Below are positions 45,040 to 63,479 of a DNA stretch of 64,000 bases, in pieces. Position numbers and translations under genes: made by a program. Location: NCBI GenBank assembly GCA_965153355.1, contig OZ231126.1:24180001-24244000 (forward strand). The letters are read 5' to 3'. How positions within the stretch are numbered: position 1 is the stretch's first letter; every line of letters begins with the position of its first letter. The notes beneath the pieces were generated by a model. It was not told where the DNA came from, ran no database searches, and saw only the letters and a program-made list of their open reading frames with translations. The stretch comes from Flaccisagitta enflata. Taxonomy: Eukaryota.

Positions 45040-45500
45040 CCTAAAAGCTTTTTCCCCACCTCACCTCACCTCATGGCTCTTACCCCCACCACACCTCACC
45101 TCATGACTTTTTCCCCCACCACACCCCACCTCATGATTTTTACTCCCACCATACCTCATGTCATGGCTTATACCCTTACCCACACCTCGATTCATCGTTT
45201 TACCCCCACCGCACCTCACGTCTAGGCTTTTCTTCCCACCGCACCTCACCTCATCGCAGATCAAGCGTTGGTTTTTCCCTTTTCGCCGCGAGGACGCCTA
45301 ATGGCGGCCTCAGGAGCCGCCGATGCGACAATGGCAGTGTTGATGGTGAAAGTGATGGTGATGGTGGTTTTAGTGGTCGGTGCGACAATGGCAGTGTTGA
45401 TGGTGGAGGTGATGGTGATGGTGGTTTTAGTGGTCGGTGTGACAATGGTAGTGTTGATGGTAGAGGTGATGGAAGTTTTAGTGGCGATAGTGATCTCGTT
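45040..45500. repeat. Adjacent minisatellites: ~30 bp (ccccaccacacctcacctcatg) and 57 bp (gacaatggcagtgttgatggtg...)
   Basis: About seven 30-mers at 45045-45255 and about three 57-mers at 45325-45490. Confidence 0.75.
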
Positions 45501-46179
45501 AGTGGTGGTGGCGGCGACGACAGTGGTGATGTTTTCTGACACTATGGCCGCAATTGATACAATTGATGGTATGGGGACAGTTTAAAATGCAATACTGGTG
45601 GCGTACAAAACGAGTAGTATATGACAGCGGTGATGATGATGGTATTTGCAACGCGGTAGCGGTGTGTAAGAAAAAAGATTATTATGTAATGGAGATAGTG
45701 TCTGCCGGGGCAGTAATGGGTAGCAAATTACAATTACGGCGAAAGTGTAAATTGTGAAGCTACGGTGGTGGTCTTACAACAAAACTCAGCGGCCGTGGTA
45801 TTAAGAAAAGTGTTAATGAGCTGTGATAATGTGAAGTGGTTGTAGTAGTGTGTAAAGAATTAAGGGACAATGATGGCGAGAAAACTTGCAACAGCTTGCT
45901 GCAGTTTCCATAGAGTTTTGAAGTAATTGCTGTTAAAAAAAAAGATATTAGCACCCGTGGTGAAAAAAGTTCAGTAGCTTGTTGATGAACATCGGTTTTG
46001 GTGGTGAAAAAAGTGACATTTTTTGCGGGGTTAGAGAGGTGGTAAAAAAAATGGTGTGGCTTTGGTAGAATAGCGGTTTCAGCGGCGTCGCTTTTATGAT
46101 CTATATTTTCACATTTGGTTTTATGCCTTCGATTTCTCTTCTCCACCTGTGCTTCCAAAGCCGGCGCCATCGTCTACTG

Positions 46180-46250
<71 letters not shown>

Positions 46251-46270
46251 TAACAGGGGCCTGTAGAACT

Positions 46271-46335
<65 letters not shown>

Positions 46336-47487
46336 CTTCTCTCTCTTGTCTCTCCACAGTTGACATCTTGAGCAGTCCTTTTTCTACCAGTATGTGTTGT
46401 CAGCAAAATAGTAGGATGAGAAGATAACAGTATTCGACCACGTGAAGGCAGGAATGTTAGGTGGTAGAAGAACAGGGTTGTTTGTTCTGAATCAGTTGGT
46501 CTAAAAAAGCAGCATAAAAGCTGGGTAAGCGCAGCCACAATGGAGGTTGACGTTATGTTTTCCTCTTGTTCTAAAATATATATTTTTTGATCGTTTCAGT
46601 TATTTTATAATAATTACACTGGGAACAAAAAAAGAGATTTGAGGGTTTTGAATCTATTGGGGACCACCCAAAGTTCCATTTATTCTATCCTGCTCCAAAA
46701 GAGGTTAATGGTGAAAATGTTGAGAAAATTTGGTCACTTTGGGCTCAAAATCAGGCCTCTTAGTTTGGTGACCCCAAAATCTGTGAGATTAGCAAACTGA
46801 CTCGAAACAGCCAATGGTGCAATCCGCATGTTGCTATCATGTTTTGTTAAGAGTTGAGAGCTTTTTGTAGATGGAAAAGTGCGCGGGTTATTTTATCAGA
46901 TGAATTTGGTGATCAATTTTGACATTTTTACAATTTTGATATATCTCGCTGGATGGACAAATTTGGATGGTGGTGACCAAATTGAAAAAGGAAGTTTTGA
47001 TGTTTTAACAGATCTGGTAAAATTTTTGATCGATATGACCTCAAATTTTTTAAGAGACTCTAGAAGCAGGTGCTAAATAGTGAATTTTCTCAACATTTTG
47101 GATTCTTTGATCAAATAATTTGGGCACTTCCGAGATAGATAATGACAAAAAATCAGTGAAAAATTAAACTACTCTTCAAGATCTAACCAATGGTACAATC
47201 GGCATTTCAATAGGTTAAAGCATATAAGTAGTAAGGAAAATTGTGATAAGTGGCAGTTATCCTATAGCGGTCAAACTCATGAGGCTGTGAAAACGTGGAG
47301 AAATACCCTCTACTATTACCATTTCCTAACAAAGAAATAACTACGAGCTAGCTAAAGATGACCGCTCCTGCCCAAAGTTTCCTGCCCATGATCTAGTGGT
47401 CAAGCCTTTTGCAAGGCCAATAAGGAGGAGGAGGAGGAGCTCCGGCCAATTTGCAAGAGTAGGAATCGCGCAACTAGTTGCAGAGGA

Positions 47488-47497
47488 NNNNNNNNNN
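47488..47497. other. Assembly gap (10 N)
   Basis: Run of ten n characters. Confidence 1.
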
Positions 47498-49976
<2,479 letters not shown>

Positions 49977-50021
49977 TTGCTTCTTGACTTTTACTGACTG
50001 ACAGACGGGGTGCAAGTCAGG

Positions 50022-50110
<89 letters not shown>

Positions 50111-52806
50111 ATAACGACAGACAGCTTGACAGACTGACAGACAGACAAACTGACAAACTGACAGACAAGAGGACAGGCAAACGAGGGATAAGACATACAG
50201 ACAAAGGAAAAGACAGCAATACATAGGCCACGTATAGATATGATCGTTTCAAAACATTGGCATGCAGATAGACGCCCAAAGGCAAGAAATTAGGCAAACA
50301 AAATGACAGACAGTCTTTTCCTTAACAAGCATTCTGTTACTCCTCACAATAATGGACCCAAGAGTAGCGGTAATCCGCCTAAAATAGATTTAGAATCATA
50401 GTTGCATCATGTAATTTCATTTTGTTCTTTTAATGGCTAAATCAGAAATCCGCTTTTAACAAATAATATTTGTTAGTATTTTGACATTCCTTTTTGCGGG
50501 ATTTAATTGTATCAATATTCTAATTGTCAATAAAGAGTGTGGGGCCCACTATGAGGGAGGCATTTCATTGAATGAAATTAGATTTCCTTTCTTTTCTTAT
50601 CTAGTCACGTTTAGCACTGTTTTAACGCAAAAGATCGCCATTAGCGAATCCCAAACAATGTCATTTTTGTGAGAACATCGTTTGTATCGGAATGTTACTT
50701 CCTCTTTTAAGTTAAGTCAGCCTTCTTGATTCTTATATGGTAATTCACAGAAAAAGAGAAATCTTGTTCTTCAATTCAATTATTCTACAATGAAAAAAAG
50801 ATACCATCAGGAAATAAACAAAAATCCTTTCCTCCTGTACAAAAATGTCGCTGTCGATGGAAATTTAACAGAAATTAAAAAAAAAAAAAAAACGTTTTTT
50901 TTTGTCGCTCGTCGTGATTCATGTCCCTTCGCTGCTCTTTGCTCTGCTCGAAATGCGATTTTCTATTAAGTATGCAAATTGCAAACATTTAACTGTCTTT
51001 TTTTTTTCTGTTTTTTTTTTTTTTATCCATTTCTTTTATATTATTTGCCATTGTTTTCTTTTTGTTGCTAAATCAAGCATTTTTTTTACTTCTTCCCTTG
51101 ACCCTCATAAGTCCCTGTGATTACAAAAATTTCATCTTTTGTATCTTCGCTGTTTTTGTTTTTTTAGACTAAACACAGTCAGATGTTAGAAATTCATCCA
51201 TCACATCCCCATCCCCATGCTTCCTCCTCCTACCTCCGAGGAATCGATTGCTCCCCATTTCGATTTTTATTTCTCCTCTTCCTCTGTCAAATCAGGAAAG
51301 AGATTCCGAATTTATTTGTCCCCTCGGCCGAGAGTTGGACGGGACTGGTAGCGACCTCTCCTGTTGACGAAGAGAATCTTTTTTCCGTTTGAAATTTTCT
51401 ATCTCTGAATTTTTTTTCTTCCTATTTCAGTTATGTTTTCTCCCTAGATTTTATCATTTCCTTCCACTTGCCAGTCTCCTCCTTCATTCCCCCCCCCCAT
51501 CCCCTTCATTTCCCTCCTCCCTCCCCCCCCCCCCCCCATGGCCTCAATTCGTATTCCTCAAATTCCAAGCTCCCTGTAAGTCGATTTATTAACAAATCGA
51601 TGAATAATGCTTATATCATTTTGGGCTTATTTATATGAATTACCTTTTCATACTCATTATCGCATCTGTTTTGCCGTTCTCAATGAAAGCCCCACTCTCC
51701 CCCCTCGTGTTCATGGGAGAACCCGTAGAAAAGATATTCTACTGTGTTTCTTTCTTTTTCTAAATGCAAGAAAATAGTCTTCAACTCTTTTTTTATGTTT
51801 TCATTTCATTTTTGACAATCTAAAATGCAAAAATGACAACTTTTACACATAGTTTAGTATTAAATGATATTCTTTCTCTTTTTTTAGACGTAAATCTGAA
51901 ATCATGAATGTTGAGAAAAACTTACTCGTTCTCTTGATTAATCAACTAATTAATATACGCATTGATCCTCCAATTAGATCATATACTGACATTGTCGCCA
52001 ACAGGGTACAACAACAACAACAACCACAACGATAGAATTTGATGGATTTCAATCCTTAAAAAAAAATATACTTGCAGTAGATGATAACATTGATAACATT
52101 TGAGTCCTTCAGCTCGGAATTTTTTTTGGAGAGAAGCAAAAAGTTGTGCAGTGATTTATTGACTAATGTAATAATATTTTCATCACTTATCGTTTTACTA
52201 TATGAAAGTCTTTTTTTTTTCACTTTCTCATACACTGTTACACAAAATTTTTCTCTCTCTCTCACTAAAAGGTGTCAAGCAAGTCGGTTGCAGTTTTCGC
52301 ATTTCTTGCCAAAACAACAAAAATGACAAAAGCAACATCTGCATAAATGTACAATACTTTTATTTTCTTCTTTGGTTTATGACACTTAGAGATGAGTTGA
52401 GATTGGTCATTCCACTGAATGGTATACATATACAATCATATACTTACATGAAACAACCACTGAAAAAGAAATTGATTTGTTTCTTTGATTTTGTTGCACT
52501 ATAGAGCCAATGGCGCAACCAGGGTCGCATACAGCAGCGTGGTTCTTTTAACCCGCAGTTCATATATTTATCCTATTTTTGGTTTCTCGTGCCTGAAATT
52601 TTTTTTCGCATTTTCATCGCTCTACTTAGATAATGTCGCCGTCAGGGTATTTTTGCAACATTTTGACAATTAAAGAGAAATATTTCAATATGATATGGAT
52701 GGAGATGAAAGGCGAGGATTGGGGGAAGCAAGAAAAGAAAAGACAAGTCATGACAAGACGAAGAAAAAAGGTCAACATTGACAACAACATCAACATCAAC
52801 AACAAT

Positions 52807-52876
<70 letters not shown>

Positions 52877-52878
52877 GC

Positions 52879-52911
<33 letters not shown>

Positions 52912-53005
52912 AACAACAACAACAACAACCATAGCAACAACACAAATTCTCAAACTTTGCACCAACAAAACACACGTTGAAGGAATGCAAAGGAAGTAAG
53001 GCAAA

Positions 53006-53100
<95 letters not shown>

Positions 53101-53770
53101 CATGGCTTGGGCAGAAACAGAGTGGAGAAAGAGAGACAGAGATATATAAAGAGCGCGAGGCTAAACGACGAAGACCGACAGACGGACTGATAGACAGACA
53201 GACAGACAGAGATAAGAAGGCATGAAGGCAGACACACTGAGCGACAGACAAGGAATAAGAAAGATGAAGCTATCGGCATGGTTTATGGGCGAAAGAGGGA
53301 GGAGATTCGCAGTTTTCATGGTCGTTTCCCCACCTTCAACTGCCACCGCTCCTCCTCCTACTCCTCCTCCTGCTTCTCCTCCTCCTCCTCCTCCTCCTCC
53401 TGCTTCTCCTCCTCCTGCTTCTCCTAATCCTGCTCATCTTCCTTCTTCCGGTTGTCGACTCTCTCTGGCTTCATAAAAAAGTCGGTTACTGTCACTTTTG
53501 ATGCCTGTTGTTTCGTCATCATTGTTCTTTTTTTTCTCGATCAGTCGTAATTGTCATCTCACCATCCATTGAGTCGTTGTCCCTTATGTATTCTGGTTTG
53601 TCTTCCACTGTCATTCTTTTTCTTCTCATTTCCTCATCCTCGTATGCCTGTCTGTCTGTTTGTCAGTTCTTTTGTCTGAGTGTCTGTTTCTCTCTCTCTC
53701 TTTTTCTCTCTCTGTCTTTTTTTTCCCTTTTTTTTTGCCTTCCTGTGTTTCTGTCTGTTGTCCTAAAAAT

Positions 53771-53885
<115 letters not shown>

Positions 53886-54004
53886 TTGGCGTTTGTCTCC
53901 TGTTTTTCTTCCATCGTGTTCGATGAATGATTCCAGGAAATCCCGTCAGGGGACGGGAGATGATCGAAGTCTCATACCGAACACGAGGCTGAAGAGTCAG
54001 ATGA

Positions 54005-54182
<178 letters not shown>

Positions 54183-54331
54183 ATACACACATACACACAA
54201 GCACACAAACACACACGCACAGAAATACAAACTCTTAGAAAGGCAAAAGAACACTCATATAAACGCACTCAATTGTTCTTCTTGTCTGTCTCTGTCTCTG
54301 TCTCTCTGTCTCTCTGTCTCTGTCTCTCTGA

Positions 54332-54425
<94 letters not shown>

Positions 54426-55167
54426 TCTATCTCTGTTGTTTTTAATTATCAAAGATCGCATTTTACGCATTACATACTTTATGAGGGGTGGATCATTCTT
54501 GTATAATTGCAACTTGTACAAAGCATCATTTTTGTATGTTATAATCCATAAATAATCATTGAGTCATTGTCACCAAAGAAAATATGTTGGTCAACTTTGT
54601 TCATAAAGGAATACAAATCAAGTATTTTCTTCCATCCTTTTTCAAACATTAACTTTTTTGTATGAATAATTTGAAAGAATGTAAGGGGATAATAATTAGG
54701 ATTGTAACGAAAAAAACAAAACCATGAAACAATTTGTTCGACTTGTTTGGCACCAATGGCGATTTTGAAAATGACGTTTTTTCTCTCACAACAATTTGGT
54801 CTGTCTGTCACGTATTTACGTTTATTATTCCTTACCCATCGATGTGTGTAAACATTTTCATTCTGTACTGCAACCTCGGTCTCTCTTACAAGTAACGTCT
54901 TAAATATAATTCCAATCTGACATAAAATGAAATGACTTTGCCTTCTTTTAACACATAGTCATAGAACGGTAGATTGTCTGGCATAAATAGGACACATCAT
55001 TTTTGCCGTCCGGTAAATCCGCCTTCCAGTTACACATGGGCACCGGATGATGATGCGGTCAAATGATGTTTGATGGTAATAAGTAATTCCATCATTGTTC
55101 TCTATGACTCTACACCATGACTCCATAACATACTGAGACTTCTTGAATTTATGTGTAGTGTGGGGAA

Positions 55168-55515
55168 TACGTCCCATGAACCGCCCCAAACTTCGACGCT
55201 GACTCTCACCGATCTTACCATGGTTGAGGCTTGGTAAAAAAACATCCCACGCAAAATTTCAGGCCTCTGGAACAGCAGGAACCTTTGTCAGGGTGACCAT
55301 GAAGTTTCCATAAAAACCTATAGCAGAGACAAAATTTGCATAATAGAAATATTGATTCCAATGCTAATTCAATACAAACTTCAACCTCACCCTGACGAAG
55401 GTTCCTGCTATCTCAGAGGCCCAAAATTTCGCATGGAATGTTTTTTTACCAAGCCTCAACTGTGGTAAGATTGGTAAGAGCCATAGTCAAAGTTTGGGGC
55501 GCTTCACGGGACGTA
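55168..55515. mobile_element. 348 bp palindromic MITE with 8 bp TSD (hAT-like)
   Basis: TSD GTGGGGAA at 55160-55167 and 55516-55523. Termini TACGTCCCATGAA / TTCACGGGACGTA with ~130 bp imperfect inverted arms. Confidence 0.88.
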
Positions 55516-57065
55516 GTGGGGAAGCATTTTGTAACTTTAGACCCTGTCCCTTTCTCGATTTCTTTCTCCCAGCGCCCCTCTACCTCGTGCCCCTCTACCC
55601 CCTGCCCCTCTACCCCCTGCCACCTTCCCGGCTTCCTCGTCATGAGTGTACCTAGAGTCAATGTTTCCTTCCTATTCTTCAAACCGTAAGTCAGGAATTC
55701 TCGTTAAACAAGGAAGGAAATTCCGACTTGGGGAAGGAAAATCCATTAGAAAGAACTTGTCTTATTTTTTCGGCTCTCGCCTCATTCCAACCTTTTGTTC
55801 CCGTTGAAAGAAATCTCATTTGCATATTTTGGTAATATTGGCTTTGGCAACACACACTCGCGACAGTGAAAGAGAGGAGAGAGAAAATAAGGATCTTTCT
55901 TTTCCCTTTTCTTTCTTTGTTTCCTCTCTCTCCCACTCTCAAAGGTGTGAAAGACGCAAATGACAAATGCTAATCATTCAGGTCGTCTCTCTATTTTCCC
56001 CTTTACAGTGACAGTCAGTGGATGAAACCATTGATGCATTTTCAGTTAGACATGGTTGATTGTGTATCTGTAAGGATGCTGTAAAACTAAAAATTAGAAT
56101 GATTAGAAAAAAATTATCAATGATATTATGGAATGAGTTTATAAGTATCTGTTCCTAATTTCCAATTGCTCTCCTGACTGCTCCTTTTTGTTCTGGTACA
56201 ATTTGGTAAGGTAATATGCATGGTTTATCTATGCTCAACTGATTCCTTAACGGTATTCATCTATCTTGTTTTTCCTGTGTACATGTCGGCCAGTGACTGT
56301 TAAAACATCAGTTTTCAGATTGTTTATGTGCGTGTAATGATGAAACTTGCGCATATTGATTCTAAGCGACCTTGTTTGTCAGTCATGACAAAGACAAAGA
56401 CAGAGACAGAGTCATTGCGGTCATGACTGAGATGGAAGGAATTTGATCTTACTGTAGGACAGGAAAATGGAAATGAGGAGAGAAAGGGCAAATAACTTGA
56501 CGCGATTTTAGTTAGATTTTATGCGGTGCCAGATGGGTCTCTTTTTTCCGCCACTTAATCTGCACCTTGCAAATTACCCAGTGGCAAAAAGTCAGGTGGG
56601 TTGTGGAAAGAACAGAAGGAAAGTGAGATTTAGGAAAAGCAAAGAGGGAGAAACAGAGGGAAAAAAATGGATGACTGAAAACGCAGCAAAACCTAACAGC
56701 AAAAAAAAAAAAAAAAAAAAAAGACCACAAATCGGGAATTTAATGAAACAGGACAATCGAATATCACCGACGTCGTGCAAAAAAACAAAACAAAACAAAA
56801 CAGAACAAAACAAACCAAAGTAAAACTAAGTAAATGAGAAATGAAAGTCAAAAACAATAAAGTAATAAAAAAAGGATGACAAAACGAAACAAATAAGTAA
56901 AAAAAGCAACAAAAGAGCAACAAAATATATCTTCTGAAAAACCGATGCCATGTGTTAAAATTCATGCTAATTGAACATAGTACCATTGTGTCTGTGAGAT
57001 TGTCCGTCCTTCCATCAATTTGACCTCTGTTTAAAAAGCACATGATGAATATAGGGATGTGGTTA

Positions 57066-57821
57066 CCGTATTTTTTTCTAAATAACGCTCCGGGTGCTTT
57101 TGAAACGGAAAACAAAATTGTCATTTTACCCTCCAATTAGCGCCCCCTTATGATTTGCGAACACTCTCTTCCGCTTAGTCATTTACAATGAATGCTACTA
57201 CTCGACTAAAAAAAAAGCCGCACCCTACTTTGAGTTGATGTACAAGAAAAAAAAATCATTTGAAAATTTTTCTATTGAAATGATTTGAAAGATTTTCAAA
57301 TTTTCTTTCATTCTGGACTAATCCCAGATCTGTATCTCAAAAGGTTTAGGAGCTAGAGCTCTGCAAAGAAAGGCACTATTTTGCTAAAATGCACTTTTAT
57401 CATAGGGATTGCAAAACTGAAATAAGCAACGTTTTTACTCAAACTGATGCCATTTCTAAACGAAAAAAGATAGCAATACCAGATTGGCGCCAAATGAAAG
57501 ATCTTTTCAAAAGCTTTCTAATGGTCTAAGATTTTGATTAGTTTTTTTTAAATCTAGTATGACAATTTGTTATTCAAAAGTGCGGCTTTTTTATTGAGTC
57601 GAGTAGTATATAAGATATCAGAAATTCAAGTTTAAATGTATCAAAGTAACTTTTCTGCTTGCTTCCTATTCAAGCCTTGATTAAAGCATTGGAATAAGCC
57701 AGATCTTTCTACTTTCTGAGAACATCTGCTTCATTATTTTCTCTCAAATCAATGTTCTGAGGAGTAGAAAGAGGGGGGTGGGCGTTAATAGGAGGGGGGT
57801 CGACAGATCGAAAAAATATGG
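57066..57821. mobile_element. TA-flanked MITE (CCGTATTTTT-type termini) hosting a nested MITE
   Basis: TA|CCGTATTTTTT ... AAAAAATATGG|TA; short, degenerate TIR. Confidence 0.55.
57198..57606. mobile_element. TA-flanked MITE (nested)
   Basis: TA|CTACTCGACTAAAAAAAAAGCCGCAC ... GTGCGGCTTTTTTATTGAGTCGAGTAG|TA. Confidence 0.8.
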
Positions 57822-59651
57822 TAGGTAAGAATGTCTGGTGGTACTTTTTTCACCGTCTGAGTTTTTTCTTTTGATTTTTGGCCTTGCCTCTTTGTCTGCA
57901 ATCTTTGTTGTCAAGTGCTTGTTCTCTTAACTTTATGCATGACGTCATTGGACTCTTAACATTTTAACGGTCGCCTCTTCATTGAATGTAATTTCAGCCT
58001 TATTTCCATAACACGTTTTTTTTAGTCGCGTGCACGCGAGTCTATGACCCACTCTGTCTGTCTGTCTGTCTTTCAGTCACACTTTGCTTTTTTTGTCGTT
58101 TTTTTGTCATTTTAAGTCATTTCAATTCATCTTAAGTCATTAAAGTTATTTCAAGACAACTTACATTTAGTCTTTTGGTCTTTGAATCTTTGAGTCTTTT
58201 GGTTTTATGGTCTTAACAACCGCACGCGACTGTAAGGTGTTGGCCTTATTATGCAACAAAGCCTTTCTACAAGAGGTTGTGACCAATCGTCATTAATTTC
58301 GTCAGTCAGTAAGTCTGTCATCATTTTGTTCATGTATCACTGGGCATGATCTCACTTGGCCTTGTTGGTCGCTTTCAGACGATTCTTGTATATATTTTAA
58401 GGAATTTCTTTCGTTTAACATTTTAACTCCTCTTGGTACCACCGTTTTAGTTCAGCTTAGCAGCAGTGCCTTATGCTAACCTGCTTGATAGTTACTGCCA
58501 CTGCACTGTGGATTCTGACCAAGATTTTGTTCTCAATAGTTTTTGTTGAAGAAAATTGACCTCATTACTTCTTTAATTCTTTAACAGATGTCATCTTTGT
58601 TGTTTTCAACAAAAGTTCAAGGATTAGAATGTAAAAAATCGATGACAAAATCGATGACAGACACCAAAAGCAAGAGAGTGACCAAACTGTAACATCATCT
58701 TGAACTGAGCTTCATCTTTGGATGTTTGTTCCTTGCTTCTTATTGGTCAGTCTGAATGTGTGAGCTTATCACTAAGATCTATATTTTGTGGCGTCTTCCC
58801 TTAGTCGGGCACCAATGATTAAGAAAGAGCTGCTATGCAACAACTTTTCCATGAGCTTTTTCTCTTAAAGTGCAAAAAAGTAGCAGGAAAAGATTACATA
58901 TTTGGATTTGCTATAAGGAGATCTACAAATAGGTATTAAGTTTTTGGCGGAAATAGGTGGGAATGGATTTTTTTTCTCTCTCTATTGAAATATAAGACAA
59001 AATTTATCTTTGGCTTCCAATAAGCTGTACATGGAATGAGGTAATACAGCCAAATCATGTTCCTCTACCTCCGACAGGTTATAATGCACAATGGAAGTTA
59101 AAAAAATATTGAAAAAAAGGATGTCCCCATATGCTTTAAAAAAATACTCTCTGCCCTATGTGCACTGTCATCATCAAACTAAATAGATTAGCTGCCTCAC
59201 CAGCTTCTATCATCTGCCAACATCACCTGTCGGCTTCTCCTCATTGTTTCAGTTTAATCTCAACTGCCCGCATCACCTGACTCGAATTTATGAGAGCCAC
59301 TTTGACGCCTTAAAAAGGCCGGCAAACAAGAAAAATGTCGTAAAGAATTAAGTCGTAGGAGGATCTTTTTCTTTTTTCTTTTAACGTTATCTTGACGACG
59401 AATTGATTCGCCCTCATGTGACGCCCGTCGTAAATCTTATCGGAAAAACGAGCAAATAAAAGACTATCGCGAAGCCAGAAGAGCGCCTATAATATTCTCC
59501 TTCCAGCAAAATATTAAACTTCCTTTTTACGACGAGGTCTCGTGACGTTTACGCACCAGCAAAGTCCATGTTCTTTAGTTGCGAGAACGCACTTATGCTA
59601 GCTCTACTTGAGGTCATGTCCGTCCATTCTTTCGTTTGTGTGTCTAACCGG

Positions 59652-59859
59652 TTTTTAATCGCGTGCTACGCGACTCTACACCCCACTTTGCCGGCCCCTC
59701 GGTTCATCGGTCCGTCGGTCCGTCGGTACGTCACACTTTACTTTTTTTTGGTTTTTGTGGTCTCTGGCCTCACTGCTCCTGCCCAACTGATGCATTGACC
59801 TCAATTACGGCCCCTGCCCACCCGCACGCGACTGGAGTAGCCGTGTATCCGGCCTTGTT
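59652..59859 (+). mobile_element. Helentron/DINE-1-like short element
   Basis: tttttaatcgcgtgctacgcgactctac...(gtcc/gtcg)n...cccgcacgcgactggagtagccgtgtatccggccttgtt. Confidence 0.7.
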
Positions 59860-60539
59860 CAAGAATCCATCACTCCAGACGTCCGTCTATCCTCATCAGT
59901 TTCCAGGCAAGTCAGCCATTTGATGCGCCTGTTGGTCCGTCCTTCTGATGTGGGGAAATCTTCTTCTTCTCTTACATTTCTGCAGCCGTCCCCCCCCCCC
60001 CGGCCAACACACTCTCTAGCCCCAAAGCGCATATCTCAGCATTAAGGCTCGAATCTCAGGTTCTGAGGTCAAATTTCAGGCTCCGGGCTCAAATTTCAGG
60101 CTCAAGACTCAAGGCTCAAATCTCAAATCCCAGACGCGGTGCTCAAATCACAGCCTAATGACTAAAATATCAGCCTTGCGGCTCAGATCTCAGTCTCATG
60201 ATTCAAACTTTACCCTCGAAGCTCATATCTTAGCTTCGAGGCTAAAATTTCAGTCACAAGGTTAACATTTCAATTTGGGTGTCGTAGCTCACAACGGCTT
60301 TACGCTCATTGGCATATTTCCTTATGCTTGATCATTTAGCAGTCGAAAACGAGGATAAAACATGTACAAACATTTTACTATCTAAAGTTTTAGCAAACGT
60401 TACCTGTTGCTTGTTTATTATTGATTGTTATAGAAAGCTTGCAAGTTTAAGCTTATGCATTAATCCTTACTACCATTACCAAATTGAAAATGCTAGAAAG
60501 AGCAAGGATGAATTGTTTATCTAATCTGAATATGAAGCA

Positions 60540-60909
60540 CTACGCGAATTAAAAAAAAAGACGCACTTTTTAAAGGTTGGTCAGGCCATTCAAACTCAAA
60601 AACAAACAAACATGTTAACATTTTAGGTCGTTAGAAAGGCCTTGGAAAAAACTTTTATTTGGCGCCAATCTGGTATCTATATCTTTTTTCGTTTAGAAAT
60701 GGCATAGATTTAAGTAAAAACTTTGCTGATTTCGATTTCGCAGTTGCATAGAAAAAAGTGCATTTTAGCAAATTGATCCTTTACTTTGACTGGCAGCTCC
60801 TAAACGGTTAAAGTTACAGACCTGGGAAAGTGGGATTGGTCTTGAATGAAAGATTTTTTGAAAAATGTTTGTAGAGCTTTTTGAAACTGTTTTGTTTTAA
60901 TTCGCGTAG
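60540..60909. mobile_element. MITE related to 57198-57606, in the opposite orientation
   Basis: TIR CTACGCGAATTAAAA / TTTTAATTCGCGTAG|TA. Internal atttggcgccaatctggtat is the reverse complement of ataccagattggcgccaaat at ~57476. Confidence 0.72.
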
Positions 60910-61185
60910 TAATCTGAATATTCTAAGATTCCTAGCTCCATGATATCGAGGAAAAAAATGGCCTCATATGGAAAACATTATTTTCGTTTGAACTCTTTTT
61001 GATTGCCACCAGATTGATGCTCACATTGAAACATTTCCAAAACAAAATTCCTTCTAAACATTTTTTTTCTCTCTTTTCGATTTCCTCTCAGCTGCCAAGT
61101 TTGTGTGGAAGCCATTTGTTTACTAGTGGTTTACATTTTGCCGCTTTTAAGGATTTGCCCTTTTGCCCGCTAAATCCAAGGGGGT

Positions 61186-62173
<988 letters not shown>

Positions 62174-63479
62174 TTCGAGGGTCGTGGTTTAATCAAAATC
62201 TCAATTTATGACTCTGGCCATAAAAAGTTTACAGTTTTGTAGGCTCTTCGGTCGTCGACGTGCTTCTCGCTTGCTCTCTGCTCTCTGCTTCTCTTTTCTT
62301 TCTCTTTCTCTTTCTCTCTTTCTTTTTCTGTTTCCCTCTCTTTCTCTCTGTGTTTCTCTCTTACGGTTTTCTCCGTTCGGCGCCTAAACTTTCTTAGTTT
62401 TCTTCATTTAAATACTTTTTTTTCACTCGTCCATGAAACAAAAATAAAAAGATAAAAAAACAAAGCAACAATTCTCCCGTCTCAGAACATTTTTTAAAAG
62501 ATTCAAATAAGTAAATACGGCACGTAAAATCAAATGTCGATTAGGTATGTCTATCAGTCAGATGATTACTGTTTTCCGTTTGTTCAATCGACTATCATTC
62601 GCTGTGCAGAATTGATAAGGCTGAAATTCTTAATGTGAATGAAAAGTTCGCTTCTCGATTTCATTACCTTGGTATTTAGTCGCGGACTAGTGACTCTATA
62701 GGAGTCGTTGTTTGTCCGACCGATGGTCCGTCCGTCGGTCCATTGGTCGGTCCGTTGGTCTATCAGTACACATTCAAAAGTAGGAGAACGTGCGCTTAAA
62801 GTGTTTTTGTTTATGTGTGTGCGTGGGGGGGGGGGGGGGATGGTGTTTGAATGGGGGCTTCTTTTTCTTTTTCTTTTTCTTCTTCTTCTTCTTCTTCTTC
62901 TTCTTCTTCTTCTTCTTCTTCTTCTTCTTCTTCTTCTTCTTCCGGCCTGTATGTCGGACTGCTAGGCAATCAATCTACATTTATTGTAAAGATGATTTCC
63001 TTCGTTCCCCACTTCCCTATTTCACCCCCCATACCTCTTTCCCGCATTTCTGCCTCTGCCCCTTTGTTCGCGACTGGTATATTGATTCTGTGCCTGCCTG
63101 CCTGGTCATTATTTATAGGAAGGGAAGTTTTGCAGATCACAAGGGAAATCTGTTTATTGGGGATTCGTCTGTCCTGTTTATCTATCTGCCCACAGGTGCT
63201 TTCCCCGAAGACGTCTTAGAGGGTTGTATGACCTATATCCCCATACTTTGGATTACATATTGATCGTAAAGGATTGAATCCTGGCTTTGGGTCTAACCCT
63301 TTGTCTGCGAAGACATATTTTAGCCAGGAAGGTTCCAACAGAGGTTGCCATCGGAGGTGGAGACCAATATCCAACACAGACCTCAAGGCTCAGACTTTCA
63401 TCCCTAAGCCCACCCAGCTTTTAAGCCAGAATCCCAGCCTCAATGCTGAAACCCTATCCGTATGGGCTGATTTTCCGTT

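Noticed and set aside
51290-51330. agattccgaattt as a miR-10 look-alike; other Hox-cluster miRNAs (miR-10, miR-993, iab-4) also sought
   Set aside because: The ACCCTGTAG seed region is missing and no precursor hairpin is seen; no miRNA was recognised by eye.
62870-63420. Possible LINE 3' end with a (GAA)n tail on the minus strand
   Set aside because: The translations examined show no reverse transcriptase or RTE C-terminal motifs.
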